Source: Phycisphaerae bacterium
Lineage (GTDB): Bacteria > Planctomycetota > Phycisphaerae > Sedimentisphaerales > UBA12454
NCBI GenBank assembly: GCA_041652575.1
Contig: JBAZHC010000014.1
Span: 7,137 to 71,136 of the forward strand
Length of the DNA stretch: 64,000 nucleotides
Reading direction: 5' to 3'
Part shown: positions 11,254 to 21,230 of the stretch, one piece after another
Layout of the letters: every line of letters begins with the position of its first letter
Position numbering within the stretch: position 1 is the stretch's first letter
Position numbers and translations under genes: made by a program
Notes under the pieces: generated by a model
What the model was told of the DNA's origin: nothing
Database searches by the model: none
The model's input: the letters and a program-made list of their open reading frames with translations, nothing else

Positions 11254-11475
11254 CTATCTTGCAGAACCTGTGGTCTCAACTATGGTAAAGCAGCAGTCGG
11301 GACAAATGATATAGCATGCCCCGCATCCGTTGCACAGTTCGAGGTTAACTTCGACGTAATTGTAGCCTTTTTTATTGCTTATTCCGCTTTTTCGTATCGC
11401 CCCGACAGGGCACATTGCGATACACATATCGCAGCCCTTGCATTTTTCCGGATTTATCTGTGCTTTTTTAGCCAT
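11254..11475 (-). CDS. 2-oxoacid:ferredoxin oxidoreductase, delta subunit (2x[4Fe-4S] ferredoxin)
   Basis: 73 aa with two CxxCxxCxxxCP clusters (CKGCDMCIAMCP, CNGCGACYIICP). Confidence 0.85.
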   Translation of the reverse strand: MAKKAQINPEKCKGCDMCIAMCPVGAIRKSGISNKKGYNYVEVNLELCNGCGACYIICPDCCFTIVETTGSAR

Positions 11476-11630
11476 ATATTTTTTACTGCCTGAAATTCAA
11501 ATCTACATTACCACAAGAGGGGACAGTTTGCAACAAAACTTAAGATGTTGACTACAAAGAAGTTATCTTGATTATAATATTATTGACTTTCGATGTGAGA
11601 ATAAGTATCCTCTGAAAATTGTTTTGTCCC

Positions 11631-11701
11631 GGGGATGTGGTGTAACGGGAGCACACCGCGGTCGCATCGCGGAAATAAGGGTTCGATTCCCTTCATCTCC
11701 A
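11631..11701 (+). tRNA. tRNA-Ala (anticodon CGC), no encoded CCA
   Basis: Hand-folded cloverleaf. Acceptor GGGGATG/CATCTCC carries the G3:U70 Ala identity pair. Anticodon stem CCGCG/CGCGG with loop GTCGCAT. T-arm AAGGG-TTCGATT-CCCTT. Confidence 0.8.
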
Positions 11702-11833
11702 TTCGACTCGCCATTCGCAAAGCGAATGGCTCGCTCGTGGCAGGTCGAAAAACAAGGCCATAGGGGGGATAAAAAATCTATTGCTTAAATTTTTTATTCT
11801 GTTTCCTGTGTTCTGAATTCTGTATTCTATTTT

Positions 11834-12355
11834 TTATAACTGCCATTTTTCATAGCAGACCATCTTTTCGATATTTTCTCTCGGCCTGCGTGCCTCTTTT
11901 TCAGCGGAATAGCCTATCGGCATAAGCTCTACAATTTCGATGTTCCGGGGAATATCGAGAATTTTCCTTATCTTTTCCGGATAAAACGATCCAATCCAGC
12001 AGGTAGCCAGTCCTTCGGCTGTCGCCGCCAGCGCTATATGTTCCATCGCGATAGCTATATCTATCGGCGCTATTTTTTCGCCGCATCGCATAACATGCTC
12101 GCTGTTGCTGCATCCTATGATTATCGCCGGTGCTGTCGAGATGAACATCTGTTCGTTGGCGGCAACGGCAATTTCTTTGCGTTTCTTTTCGTCGGTTACA
12201 ATAATGAATCGCCAGTCCTGCAGGTTCTTCGCCGATGGTGCGAGCCTTGCGGCCTCAAGGATTCTGTCGAGCTTTTCCTTCTCGACGGGCTTTGAACTGT
12301 AACTTCGGCACGAAAATCTCTTTTTTATCGCTTCGTATAAATCCATATTTTTCAC
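11834..12355 (-). CDS. Nitroreductase-family protein
   Basis: 173 aa. RFSCRSYSSKPV...APSAKNLQDWRF is the nitroreductase N-terminal signature. Confidence 0.8.
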   Translation of the reverse strand: MKNMDLYEAIKKRFSCRSYSSKPVEKEKLDRILEAARLAPSAKNLQDWRFIIVTDEKKRKEIAVAANEQMFISTAPAIIIGCSNSEHVMRCGEKIAPIDIAIAMEHIALAATAEGLATCWIGSFYPEKIRKILDIPRNIEIVELMPIGYSAEKEARRPRENIEKMVCYEKWQL

Positions 12356-12420
12356 CCCTGTATATATTTTGTCTTATTATAACCGAACGGTTTTTGGCGT
12401 CAAGAAGTTTGGTAATTTGG

Positions 12421-12918
12421 CTAAATGAAATGTTTCAGCAATCCAAACCATGGGAATAAAAGTTCTATAAACTCGTCAGAAGTTTTATTGATTTTATCTT
12501 CAAGTTCCTGTCTTTCTTTATATAATTCAATCTGCGCAATAGCCAGTTTCTCCCGCTGCTGCGGGGTGAGTTTTTCTTCAAATTTTACTTCAACAGGAAT
12601 TTTGGGAAGATGCTGATATTCGCTGTCGTCGAACCAGACAATATGACATTTCGGACAAACATCGAGATACGCGGTGTTTTCACCGGTCGAAAGAGGAATT
12701 TCGCTCATCGGCGAAACACAGGAAGGGCAATTTCGCTTTTGCATAAAATCGCCGGACAAAGTTCTTTGCCATAATTTGTTGACTACCGGTCTGGGGATTA
12801 TCTTGCGAATAACCTCGACTGTAATTGCCCGGCCCCTGCAGGACGGACAAATCCAAAAAATGCCAAATCTGCTTCGTACCCTTTTTAAAACTGTTTTACA
12901 ATTTGGACAGTTAAACAT
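12421..12918 (-). CDS. Double zinc-ribbon protein (TFIIB-type ribbon-like)
   Basis: Two CxxC...CxxC units (CPNC...CPSC and CPSC...CPKC). Coiled-coil-like C-terminus. Confidence 0.55.
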   Translation of the reverse strand: MFNCPNCKTVLKRVRSRFGIFWICPSCRGRAITVEVIRKIIPRPVVNKLWQRTLSGDFMQKRNCPSCVSPMSEIPLSTGENTAYLDVCPKCHIVWFDDSEYQHLPKIPVEVKFEEKLTPQQREKLAIAQIELYKERQELEDKINKTSDEFIELLFPWFGLLKHFI

Positions 12919-12941
12919 TAAACATCTCTGTAAAAGAACTC

Positions 12942-13835
12942 TTATTTTGCAGGATAAATGCCTTTCCTGGCTATGTGCCTCGTTGCTAACGCGTCAAAAC
13001 CATGCAGGGTAAATATGATAATCAATGCGCCGATTATATAACCAGCCAGTGTTGCCGGTTCCTCTCCCGCTCGTGGCGCAAAAAAACTAATCCAAACGAA
13101 CAACATAAATAATATCTCGAATGCAGCGATTGTTTTATGCTGGCCGAGATAAAAATCACCCAGTCCCGGAAATATAAACGACAGCCATATAGCCTTGGCT
13201 GGCGATTTAAAGTTTTTATCGCAGGCCTGGCATTTTTCAGGAAATCCTTCTACTTTTACAAAGCAGTGCGGGCAGAGATTTTCTACCATTGCGCTGTTTG
13301 CCCCGACGGCATCGGGACTTGTCCGAAGAAAATCTATTACGCCTTTTACAACTTTTCTGTCGTCTTTCGGTATATGAGAAAAAACGCTTGTTTTACCGTT
13401 TTTGAATTTTATCTTACAGTTTCCTGCAAGCGTGCTCCTGACTTCTTCTATGGCTGAATATTCGATTTGCGCCCTTAGCGATTTAGGTTCGTTGCGTGAA
13501 CTTATTTGCATTATGATTATACGCTGCGTCGTGCAGATAAAGGCCCTGCGGTTGATGTAGTACATCAAATTGCCCAGAAAAAAGGATTCGACAAACGACG
13601 ACTCGACGCCGGAAGTCAAAAAACAGACCGTTTCGTCCTCGTATAACATAGCCTCAATCTGGTTGTGTATTTTTTTCAGCAGTTTGAATTTTTTCTTCGA
13701 TAATGATTTTGCCTTCCAGCCGTCAGCGGAAAATAATTTATCATAAAAGTATGGCGTGTTGTGCTTTTTGATGTTCAGCAAATCCTCGAATTTTTTTGCG
13801 GAATCAATTTCCGTGCTCATTTGGTTCCTTTCCAA
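12942..13835 (-). CDS. Hypothetical membrane protein (PH/GRAM-like N-domain, zinc ribbon, C-terminal TM helices)
   Basis: 297-aa ORF with CPHC...CQAC and hydrophobic C-terminal segments. No confident family assignment. Confidence 0.5.
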   Translation of the reverse strand: MERNQMSTEIDSAKKFEDLLNIKKHNTPYFYDKLFSADGWKAKSLSKKKFKLLKKIHNQIEAMLYEDETVCFLTSGVESSFVESFFLGNLMYYINRRAFICTTQRIIIMQISSRNEPKSLRAQIEYSAIEEVRSTLAGNCKIKFKNGKTSVFSHIPKDDRKVVKGVIDFLRTSPDAVGANSAMVENLCPHCFVKVEGFPEKCQACDKNFKSPAKAIWLSFIFPGLGDFYLGQHKTIAAFEILFMLFVWISFFAPRAGEEPATLAGYIIGALIIIFTLHGFDALATRHIARKGIYPAK

Positions 13836-13873
13836 AGGTTAATAGAAGGATTTTGCCTCTTAATTACGTAAAG

Positions 13874-13894
13874 TCCGGAGCATTTGCCTCCGGA
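13874..13894 (-). terminator. Hairpin just downstream of the beta-mannosidase stop
   Basis: TCCGGAG-catttgc-CTCCGGA, a 7-bp perfect stem. Only a weak T tract follows on the minus strand. Confidence 0.3.
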
Positions 13895-13900
13895 ACATAA

Positions 13901-16408
13901 TTATCGCACCTTTGTGAAAATTGAGTTTACAGAAATAACCTTTATTTTGCCGCCAATATCATTAACAGGCGTATTAGTTTTTATTATTATGCTTTTCGGT
14001 TTATTATTTAACAAATCGAAATAGTTATCGTTTAAATCCGCGTCAAAATCGCAATCTATATAAAGGTCTTTGGCTAATTTACCGCTCTTTAGTGTAAGTT
14101 TCCAGTTAAGTTCGTCGAGCCTTTCTGCTTTTGTCTCGACATTACAGGCAGGAAAATCGAAATACTTGTCAGGCACATAAAAGAAACTGTTTTCAGAAAT
14201 AACCTCTGTATCATTTTGCAGCAGGATATGCAAAAAAGAATTTTTATTGTTTTTGGGCGTTGCAAAAGACTGCGGCAATAAAACTTTCTCGACACTGCCG
14301 GGCCCGACAGACACCGGCCTTTTGAATTCATCAATTATCTCGAAATTCGTATCAACAATCCTGCACAAAAGCAGGGCGGTAATCGGCGAAACCGAATGAT
14401 TGACAACTGAAGCGGTTATCGAATCGATAGTTCCGGAAGACTCCTGCCGCTGAGCCGATGCCGTAACAATGACAGGGGTATGAAATCTGCGGGTATAATA
14501 ATAGAGAGCCTTTTTCCCGCCGGCATAGTCGAGACACGACCAGCTTATGGCGGGGCAACTGTCGTTGAACTGCCAGAATATGACTCCTGAATTGATGTCT
14601 GAGTTTGTCCGCAGATGTTCGACGTTTTTACGAATTGCACGGGCCTGAGTGATCTGCGACAGATAAATAAATTCATCAATATTTGCCGGAGCACGGAAAA
14701 GTTCGTTGATATAATAATGCAGCCGTCCGGCCCCGTTTGGCTGATAATCGTGCTTTTCAAGATGCCAATCCGCTGTATGCGTCTTTTTGCTGCCAAGCAG
14801 ACTCCATATCATTTTTTTACAGGGAAGTGATTGAAAACCAAACTCGGACACAAAACTGGGTATTTGAGTCAAATAATCATCCGTAGGTTTAAGTCCCGAC
14901 CAGATATTCCACTGATGGACGGTGCCGACAGACGGATCGTTCGGATTTTTAGCCGGCCCCAGCGGCGTTGAGGAAATATAATCGCGGTCAGGGTCGAGTT
15001 CATGAACAAGAGGCGGCAGAATTTTATGATAAATATTTTTGCCGTAGAATTTCTTGCTTTTACCCATACCGCCAAAGGAATGTATCCAGTCGATTTCGTT
15101 GTTGCCGCACCATAGCGCCAGTGATGGATGGTTCCGCAGCCGGACAATATTCTGCGTTGCCTCTTTTTTTATCATCTCTGTAAACCATGTTCTGTCCGGA
15201 TAGTAGGCGCAGGCAAACATAAAATCCTGCCAGACGAGTATTCCGAGTCTGTCGCAGAGATTGTAAAAAGTTTCTGTTTCGTATACTCCGCCTCCCCAGA
15301 CGCGAAGCATATTTATATTGGCGTCGACGACAGCGGTAAGAAGTTTCTCGTAATCTTCCGCTTTCGCAGAGCCTATGTAAAGCGAAGGCGGTATCCAGTC
15401 GGCGCCTTTTGCATAAACAGGCTGATTATTGACTTCAAACTGAAAACTCTGCCCATGCTCGTCCGGAGTTTGATTTAATTTCACCATCCTTATACCAAAA
15501 TTTTTCGATGCCGAATCGACCCGCTCGTTGCCGCTATGCAGTTCCGCATTCAGCTTATATAAAGGCTGCGAGCCATAAGGCCTCGGCCACCAGAGCTGCG
15601 GCTGTACGATTTTTATCACCGCCGAGGCCTGCAGATGGTTCTTGCTGAAATTAAGGCTTGCCGTCGCGGCGGTTTTGCCGGCAGGGTTGGTAATTGAAAG
15701 ATTGCAAGTCATCGTCTGCTGTGAAAAATTCTCTACCTGTACGGAGATTTTAATATCGGCATTGGATTTGTCGCAGTCGATGGTTGTAACATGCACATCG
15801 CCGATGCTGCCTGCTTTGAAGGCTTCGAGCCGGACAGGCTGCCAGATTCCACAGCCGGGCATTCGCGGCGCCCAGTCCCAGCCGAACTGGCACTGAGCCT
15901 TTCTTGCATAGGTTCTCTGAGGCAAAGAGCACGAATCCCTGCTCAAAAGTCCGAAACGGTTCATCAGCCGGTTGCCTTCTTCTGCCGCCGAGTCAAATTT
16001 AACCAGTAGCTCGTTATTTTTTTCTTTAATCAGTGAAGTAACATCGAATCGCCATTTACAGAACATATTATCGGTTTTGCCGATAATTTTTCCATTCATC
16101 CATATCTGTCCGAACGTATCGAGTCCGTCGAAGACCAGTTCGATTTTCTCGTTTTTCTGAAAATTCGCCGGCAGACTGAAATTTTTTCTATATATCCACG
16201 ATTCGAGACTCATCGGGAAGAATTCTTCGGGGTTGCGGGTCAGCCTGTTGCCATCGATAACTTTCGCTTCGACCAGATTGGTATATATGGAAGATGGAAC
16301 CGTACAATTGAGCCAGTTGCCCTCGTCAAGGTCTCTCATCCTGCGGGCGGAAACCGGGTACTGTTTAAATTGCCATGTGCCTGTTAAATCAAGAATTTCT
16401 TTTGCCAT
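13901..16408 (-). CDS. Glycoside hydrolase family 2, beta-mannosidase-like
   Basis: 835 aa. FGWDWAPRMP, WCGNNE (acid/base region) and SEFGFQSLP (nucleophile region) resemble GH2 beta-mannosidases. Confidence 0.8.
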   Translation of the reverse strand: MAKEILDLTGTWQFKQYPVSARRMRDLDEGNWLNCTVPSSIYTNLVEAKVIDGNRLTRNPEEFFPMSLESWIYRKNFSLPANFQKNEKIELVFDGLDTFGQIWMNGKIIGKTDNMFCKWRFDVTSLIKEKNNELLVKFDSAAEEGNRLMNRFGLLSRDSCSLPQRTYARKAQCQFGWDWAPRMPGCGIWQPVRLEAFKAGSIGDVHVTTIDCDKSNADIKISVQVENFSQQTMTCNLSITNPAGKTAATASLNFSKNHLQASAVIKIVQPQLWWPRPYGSQPLYKLNAELHSGNERVDSASKNFGIRMVKLNQTPDEHGQSFQFEVNNQPVYAKGADWIPPSLYIGSAKAEDYEKLLTAVVDANINMLRVWGGGVYETETFYNLCDRLGILVWQDFMFACAYYPDRTWFTEMIKKEATQNIVRLRNHPSLALWCGNNEIDWIHSFGGMGKSKKFYGKNIYHKILPPLVHELDPDRDYISSTPLGPAKNPNDPSVGTVHQWNIWSGLKPTDDYLTQIPSFVSEFGFQSLPCKKMIWSLLGSKKTHTADWHLEKHDYQPNGAGRLHYYINELFRAPANIDEFIYLSQITQARAIRKNVEHLRTNSDINSGVIFWQFNDSCPAISWSCLDYAGGKKALYYYTRRFHTPVIVTASAQRQESSGTIDSITASVVNHSVSPITALLLCRIVDTNFEIIDEFKRPVSVGPGSVEKVLLPQSFATPKNNKNSFLHILLQNDTEVISENSFFYVPDKYFDFPACNVETKAERLDELNWKLTLKSGKLAKDLYIDCDFDADLNDNYFDLLNNKPKSIIIKTNTPVNDIGGKIKVISVNSIFTKVR

Positions 16409-16474
16409 AGATCCAAAATTCTAACAGCAAATGGAATTTATTAAAGTAAAAAACAATGATTGTTTTTGTGCAAG

Positions 16475-16909
16475 TCATTTGCCTATTTTCTTTTCGACAG
16501 GCGAAAGCAGCATCAGTGCAATCAGGGTCAAAATCGTAGCGGCAAACGCCAGGGGATACATTTTCGCACCGCAGGCCATTCCGATACTTGCGACAATCCA
16601 TATCCCGGCGGCGGTTGTAAGGCCGTGAATGCTGGCGCCGCTCTGAATTATCGCGCCGGCGCCTAAAAAGCCGATACCTGTTACGATTTGCGCCGCTATT
16701 CTGCCCGGCTCAGAGCCAGCAAGCTTTGTAGAGATAATCGTAAAAACACAGGAACCAAGACATATAAGGATATTTGTACGAAGCCCGGCTGGTTTGTCGC
16801 GTAACTGTCTTTCGAGTCCTACCGCTCCTCCGAGAATGACCGCAGTCAAAAGCGGAACAACGTCAAGCCAATTTATTTCCATGTTTAAGTCCCTCAAGAT
16901 TAAAGACAT
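16475..16909 (-). CDS. MgtC/SapB-family membrane protein
   Basis: 144 aa. GLERQLRDKPAGLRTN...GIGFLGAGAI is the MgtC-domain signature. Confidence 0.8.
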   Translation of the reverse strand: MSLILRDLNMEINWLDVVPLLTAVILGGAVGLERQLRDKPAGLRTNILICLGSCVFTIISTKLAGSEPGRIAAQIVTGIGFLGAGAIIQSGASIHGLTTAAGIWIVASIGMACGAKMYPLAFAATILTLIALMLLSPVEKKIGK

Positions 16910-16971
16910 ATTGTAATAAAAATCCCCCCGTAAACAAGTATTTATCTTTAATTTAAGGGGTGTTAAAATTC

Positions 16972-17140
16972 TTGACCGTTAAGCTCTTTTCTGTTTTAAT
17001 GTCTGGTCAGATAAGATTTTAATGAAATGGGATATAAAATGAATCCCGTTAGACCTTGTTGGTCTCGTATATGCACTTTAAAATATAAAGATGACATATG
17101 TTTTATACCGTTTTACTCTATGAAAGGAGGTCTAACGGGA
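16972..17140 (+). promoter_or_regulatory. Candidate promoter plus structured leader of the aminotransferase gene
   Basis: TTGACC (16972-16977), 17-nt spacer, TTTAAT (16995-17000). TCCCGTTAGACC (17044-17055) is perfectly complementary to GGTCTAACGGGA (17129-17140), which spans the SD 3' end to the A of ATG. Confidence 0.3.
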
Positions 17141-18327
17141 TGAAAGTCAGTAAAAGGGCACAGTCCGTACCGCCTTCAGCAACTATGGCGGTGGACACAA
17201 AAGCAAAAGAACTCAAAGCCAAAGGCGTTGACGTAGTGGGCTTTGGCGCCGGCGAGCCGGACTTTGACACGCCGCAGTATATCAAGGACGCCGCAATCGC
17301 TGCTATTAAGGCGGGCAAGACAAAATACACGGCTACGCCCGGCATTCCGGAACTGCGAAAAGCAATAGCTGAAAAACTTCTTAAGGAAAATAACCTTAAA
17401 TATACGCCCGAACAGATTATCGTAAACATCGGAGCGAAGCATTCAGTTTACGAATCTATGCAGGCGGTACTCGATGACGGCGATGAGGTTATTGTGCCGA
17501 CTCCATACTGGGTTACATACCCGGAAACAATAAAGCTCGCAGGGGCGGTAATGAAGGTTGTTCAGACGGACCCGAAAAACGATTATAAGATTACACCGCA
17601 GCAGGTAAAAAATGCGATAACGCCGAAAACCGCGATGCTGCTTATGAACAGTCCGAACAATCCCGGCGGCTTTACTTATACCCCCGACGAGTTAAAGGCC
17701 ATAGCCAAAGTCCTCGAAGGCACAAATATTATGGTGCTTAGCGATGAGATTTATGAGCATCTGGTTTACGGCAGTACAAAATTTATCAGCTTCGCGGCAT
17801 TGAGCGATGACGCCTATAAACGGACAATCACGATAAACGGTTTCAGCAAGGCTTACGCGATGACCGGCTGGCGGCTCGGATATGTAGCCGGACCTCTTGA
17901 AGTGGTAAAGGCAATGAGCAGACTTCAGGGGCATATGACACAAAATCCTGTAAGTTTTGTGCAGGCAGGCGGTCTGGTCGCTTTTAGCGATCCTAATAAT
18001 GATGTTGAGAAGATGAGGCTCGAATTTGAAAAACGGGCTAAATATATGGCTGACAGACTAAACGCCATCGAGGGCGTTAAATGTCCTCAGCCGACAGGTG
18101 CGTTTTACTGCTTCCCGGACGTTTCTGCTCATTTCGGCAGGACAATCGGCGGAGTAAAGATACAAAACAGTATGGACTTTGCCGCTGCACTTCTCGAGCA
18201 GGCCAATGTCGCACTTGTACCGGGCGGGCCGTTCGGATGTAATAATAATGTCCGGCTGAGTTTCGCAACGTCTATGGAACTGATAACAAAGGGAGTTGAC
18301 AGGCTGGAAAAATGGCTCAAGAGTTAA
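17140..18327 (+). CDS. PLP-dependent aminotransferase class I (aspartate aminotransferase-like)
   Basis: I prefer ATG 17140, 9 nt after AAAGGAGG. It has the PLP-lysine motif SKAYAMTGWRLGY, and the MNSPNNPGG motif is typical of AspAT-like enzymes. Confidence 0.85.
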   Translation: MKVSKRAQSVPPSATMAVDTKAKELKAKGVDVVGFGAGEPDFDTPQYIKDAAIAAIKAGKTKYTATPGIPELRKAIAEKLLKENNLKYTPEQIIVNIGAKHSVYESMQAVLDDGDEVIVPTPYWVTYPETIKLAGAVMKVVQTDPKNDYKITPQQVKNAITPKTAMLLMNSPNNPGGFTYTPDELKAIAKVLEGTNIMVLSDEIYEHLVYGSTKFISFAALSDDAYKRTITINGFSKAYAMTGWRLGYVAGPLEVVKAMSRLQGHMTQNPVSFVQAGGLVAFSDPNNDVEKMRLEFEKRAKYMADRLNAIEGVKCPQPTGAFYCFPDVSAHFGRTIGGVKIQNSMDFAAALLEQANVALVPGGPFGCNNNVRLSFATSMELITKGVDRLEKWLKS

Positions 18328-21215
18328 TAACGGATAAAAAACCGGCGTTAAGCGGACTGATGATGCTAATTTTCTGGTGGGCGATGGTTCTTTTCGCTCT
18401 TCAGGCTTCGACTCACATGGTTGGTGCGGGCGATACCTGGGTCGCTATGGCCTGCGGAAGGCACTTCATAAATCACGGCGTTAATACCGTTGAACCTTTC
18501 AGCGCCAATTCGCACAAGCCCGGCCCGACAGCAGAGGAAGTAAAAACATGGCCGAAATGGGCACAGTGGATTACCGATAAAGTCGGACTCGATACCGTAA
18601 AATACTGGCATCCGACAGGATGGGTAAATCAAAACTGGCTGACCCATGTTTTCTTTTACTGGGTGACGCACGATTCGCCTGTTGCCGATGCTGAAACATT
18701 TGACAAGCCCATCGAAGGTCAGAAAATCACCTATGACAGTCTGGTTTACTGGAAATATGCGCTGTATATCATAACAGTCATAGTGGTTTACTATACCGGC
18801 AGGGCGTTGGGTGTAAATCCGGCTCTTTCGGCGACCTTTGCCTGTTTTGCATTATTTATCGGAAGAACATTTTTTGATATTCGGCCGGCGGGGTTCTCGA
18901 ATATGCTTACCGCTGTTCTGCTGTTCATATTTGTTTTGGCTGTATATAAAAGTTATCTCTATATCTGGCTGATTGTACCGCTGACGGTTCTGTGGTGTAA
19001 TCTGCACGGCGGGTTTGTATATGTCTTTGTCGTACTTGTGCCGTTTATTGGTCTTCATCTGCTGACATTGCTGCCGAAAAAAATATCTTTATGCGTATAT
19101 TACTCACTCGGCTGGCTGTTTTTATATGCCCTTGCATTAAAATTTCTTGGACACGAAACTATCAAAACTTATTTGACGATAAAAATCTCTCCACTTAACG
19201 ATGTATTGTTATTTTTCATCCTGGAGATGATTGTGTTAAGCATATTATCGACATTTATAAAAGATATTAAACTATTTATCTTTTATGCAATAATACCTTT
19301 GACTGTTTTTATAAGTGTACATGATCTTACTTTAGCATTTCTCGGGTATGAACATGCTGATTTTTTCAGCTCAGCAGGAGAAGTGCTTTTATTCATTTCT
19401 GGGATAAGTTTGCTAAGCATAGTATTGATATTTTCAAAAAACAAGCCAATTATTTTTTACATTCTTACATCATTACTTATTTTTATCGCCTTATGCGGAA
19501 GGTTTTTCCCGCAGGGCATAGAACGCTTTGTAAGATACGACCCTGTTTTCAGGGAATATATCAGGGACGGCAGGCAGACATTTTTTGTGGTCTTTATCGG
19601 CTTTGCGGTTATAGCGATGCTGCTGGGCGCTTTTAAGGAAAGATTAAAAAATATAACTGTCAGGGGATGGTGGCATACTGTTGCAGCGGCGGTTGTCGCC
19701 TTTGTTGCGATGATAATTTTCAATCCTTTTCATCTGACGAACCTGACGCATACTTTTGTCGCTACCGTAGGCGACAATGCTAAAACATGGAAGACTGTCA
19801 ACGAATGGCATCCTGCTTTTGAATGGGGCAACCCGGTAGGCGATGAGATACCGTTTCTCGTTATGTATATAATTGCCTGGGTGCTGCTTGCGTTCTGGAT
19901 GGTTTGTCTGCTGCTGAAACCCCGTGTCATTATTAAAAAAGGCAAAGCTCCGGCGGCTGAATTGCCCGACAATCAGCAATATGACTGGCCAATGATAGAT
20001 TTGCCTATGATGTTTATCGCATCTCTTACGATATATATGGCCATAGGTTCCCGCCGGTTTATTCCGGTCGCGGCAATTGCGGCTTGTCCGTTTATTGCGA
20101 TGTTTATCGATGCCGGAATTAAAATGATTGCGGCGACGGTGAATTTAAGGAAAACTGGCAGGGCGGTATTGAGTCCTTTTCCAATGGCGATGCAGAGATA
20201 TTTTGCCGCTGCCGCCTTTGCGGTAGTTTTATTTCTTACTGTATGGTGGGGATATTGGTACAAGACTATTTATCTTGACCCCTGGCCGGACAGTCATTAC
20301 CTGACCAGTGTTTTTATGAGGATGAGCGCTTCTTATGCAAAGCCTTTCAGAGCCTGTCAGTTCGTAAGGGACAACAAACTTAAGGGAACCGTTTTTAACT
20401 ACTGGACCGAAGGCGGTTTTATCGCCTATGGTCAGATTCCAGACCCCAACACAGGTAAAACGCCTCTCCGGCTTTATATGGACGGCCGCGCTCAGGCTGC
20501 GTATAACACTGCCACTTATCATCGCTGGATGTATATAATGGGCGGCGGAGACCCGGTAAGAGCTGTGGAAAGGGCAGGCAGAAATTTTACCCAATCGGAC
20601 TACGAAGCTATCGGAGACTGGATTGATAAACAGTTTCAAAAGGAAAATGTATGGGTTGTCTTTATGCCTTCTGCCCAGTTTGATTCTGTTTTCATCAGAG
20701 GTCTTGCTGTTAATCCGTCATGGCGGCCGGTGTTTATGGATGATGAACAACGCCTCTATGTCGACATAAAAACAGAACAGGGACTTAAGCTTTACACCGG
20801 CATTTTCAACGGCAATACGAAATTTCCTGACAAGTTCTCCAGACTTTTTACGGTTGGATACAATTTACTGCGATTACAGGGCGAAAATGATGTTAATAAT
20901 ACCTGTGAGCTTATTATACAGGCTCTTATGGATAGACCTTCTCCGGCCGCTGTTATTGAACTGTTGCAGGCTGCTGCCAGATATCCCCAGCTTCGCAGCA
21001 GGACAACAGAAGTCTTTAACCGGTACTTCGAGGATTTCATCGAAAAGAAACAAACATATATGAAACAGGATGGCTTCCGGGACAGGCTCGTAACGATGAT
21101 GATGATCGGCGATTATCTTAAGAGGATAAATCCGGCATCGACCGAAAAATATGAGAAATATTATGCGGAATTTGTTAACGAGCAGATACGTATTGGCAAG
21201 ACCTCTCGCTGGTAA
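18312..21215 (+). CDS. Large polytopic membrane protein, possibly a GT-C-fold glycosyltransferase (function uncertain)
   Basis: 967-aa ORF with more than 15 hydrophobic segments plus a soluble C-terminal domain. Immediately followed by a GT2 polyprenol-phosphate-sugar synthase-like gene. Confidence 0.6.
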   Translation: MAQELITDKKPALSGLMMLIFWWAMVLFALQASTHMVGAGDTWVAMACGRHFINHGVNTVEPFSANSHKPGPTAEEVKTWPKWAQWITDKVGLDTVKYWHPTGWVNQNWLTHVFFYWVTHDSPVADAETFDKPIEGQKITYDSLVYWKYALYIITVIVVYYTGRALGVNPALSATFACFALFIGRTFFDIRPAGFSNMLTAVLLFIFVLAVYKSYLYIWLIVPLTVLWCNLHGGFVYVFVVLVPFIGLHLLTLLPKKISLCVYYSLGWLFLYALALKFLGHETIKTYLTIKISPLNDVLLFFILEMIVLSILSTFIKDIKLFIFYAIIPLTVFISVHDLTLAFLGYEHADFFSSAGEVLLFISGISLLSIVLIFSKNKPIIFYILTSLLIFIALCGRFFPQGIERFVRYDPVFREYIRDGRQTFFVVFIGFAVIAMLLGAFKERLKNITVRGWWHTVAAAVVAFVAMIIFNPFHLTNLTHTFVATVGDNAKTWKTVNEWHPAFEWGNPVGDEIPFLVMYIIAWVLLAFWMVCLLLKPRVIIKKGKAPAAELPDNQQYDWPMIDLPMMFIASLTIYMAIGSRRFIPVAAIAACPFIAMFIDAGIKMIAATVNLRKTGRAVLSPFPMAMQRYFAAAAFAVVLFLTVWWGYWYKTIYLDPWPDSHYLTSVFMRMSASYAKPFRACQFVRDNKLKGTVFNYWTEGGFIAYGQIPDPNTGKTPLRLYMDGRAQAAYNTATYHRWMYIMGGGDPVRAVERAGRNFTQSDYEAIGDWIDKQFQKENVWVVFMPSAQFDSVFIRGLAVNPSWRPVFMDDEQRLYVDIKTEQGLKLYTGIFNGNTKFPDKFSRLFTVGYNLLRLQGENDVNNTCELIIQALMDRPSPAAVIELLQAAARYPQLRSRTTEVFNRYFEDFIEKKQTYMKQDGFRDRLVTMMMIGDYLKRINPASTEKYEKYYAEFVNEQIRIGKTSRW

Positions 21216-21230
21216 TTTTCAGGAACTTAC

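Noticed and set aside
11548-11578. Possible promoter for tRNA-Ala (TTGACT ... TATAAT).
   Set aside because: The hexamers are good, but the spacer is 19 nt (18 with an alternative -10) and the region is generally AT-rich. This is not strong enough to list as a feature without TSS data.
11710-11730. 9-bp hairpin GCCATTCGC-aaa-GCGAATGGC just after tRNA-Ala, as a terminator.
   Set aside because: No T tract follows it. It looks more like another REP-type hairpin, and I see only a single copy in the window, so I left it unclassified.
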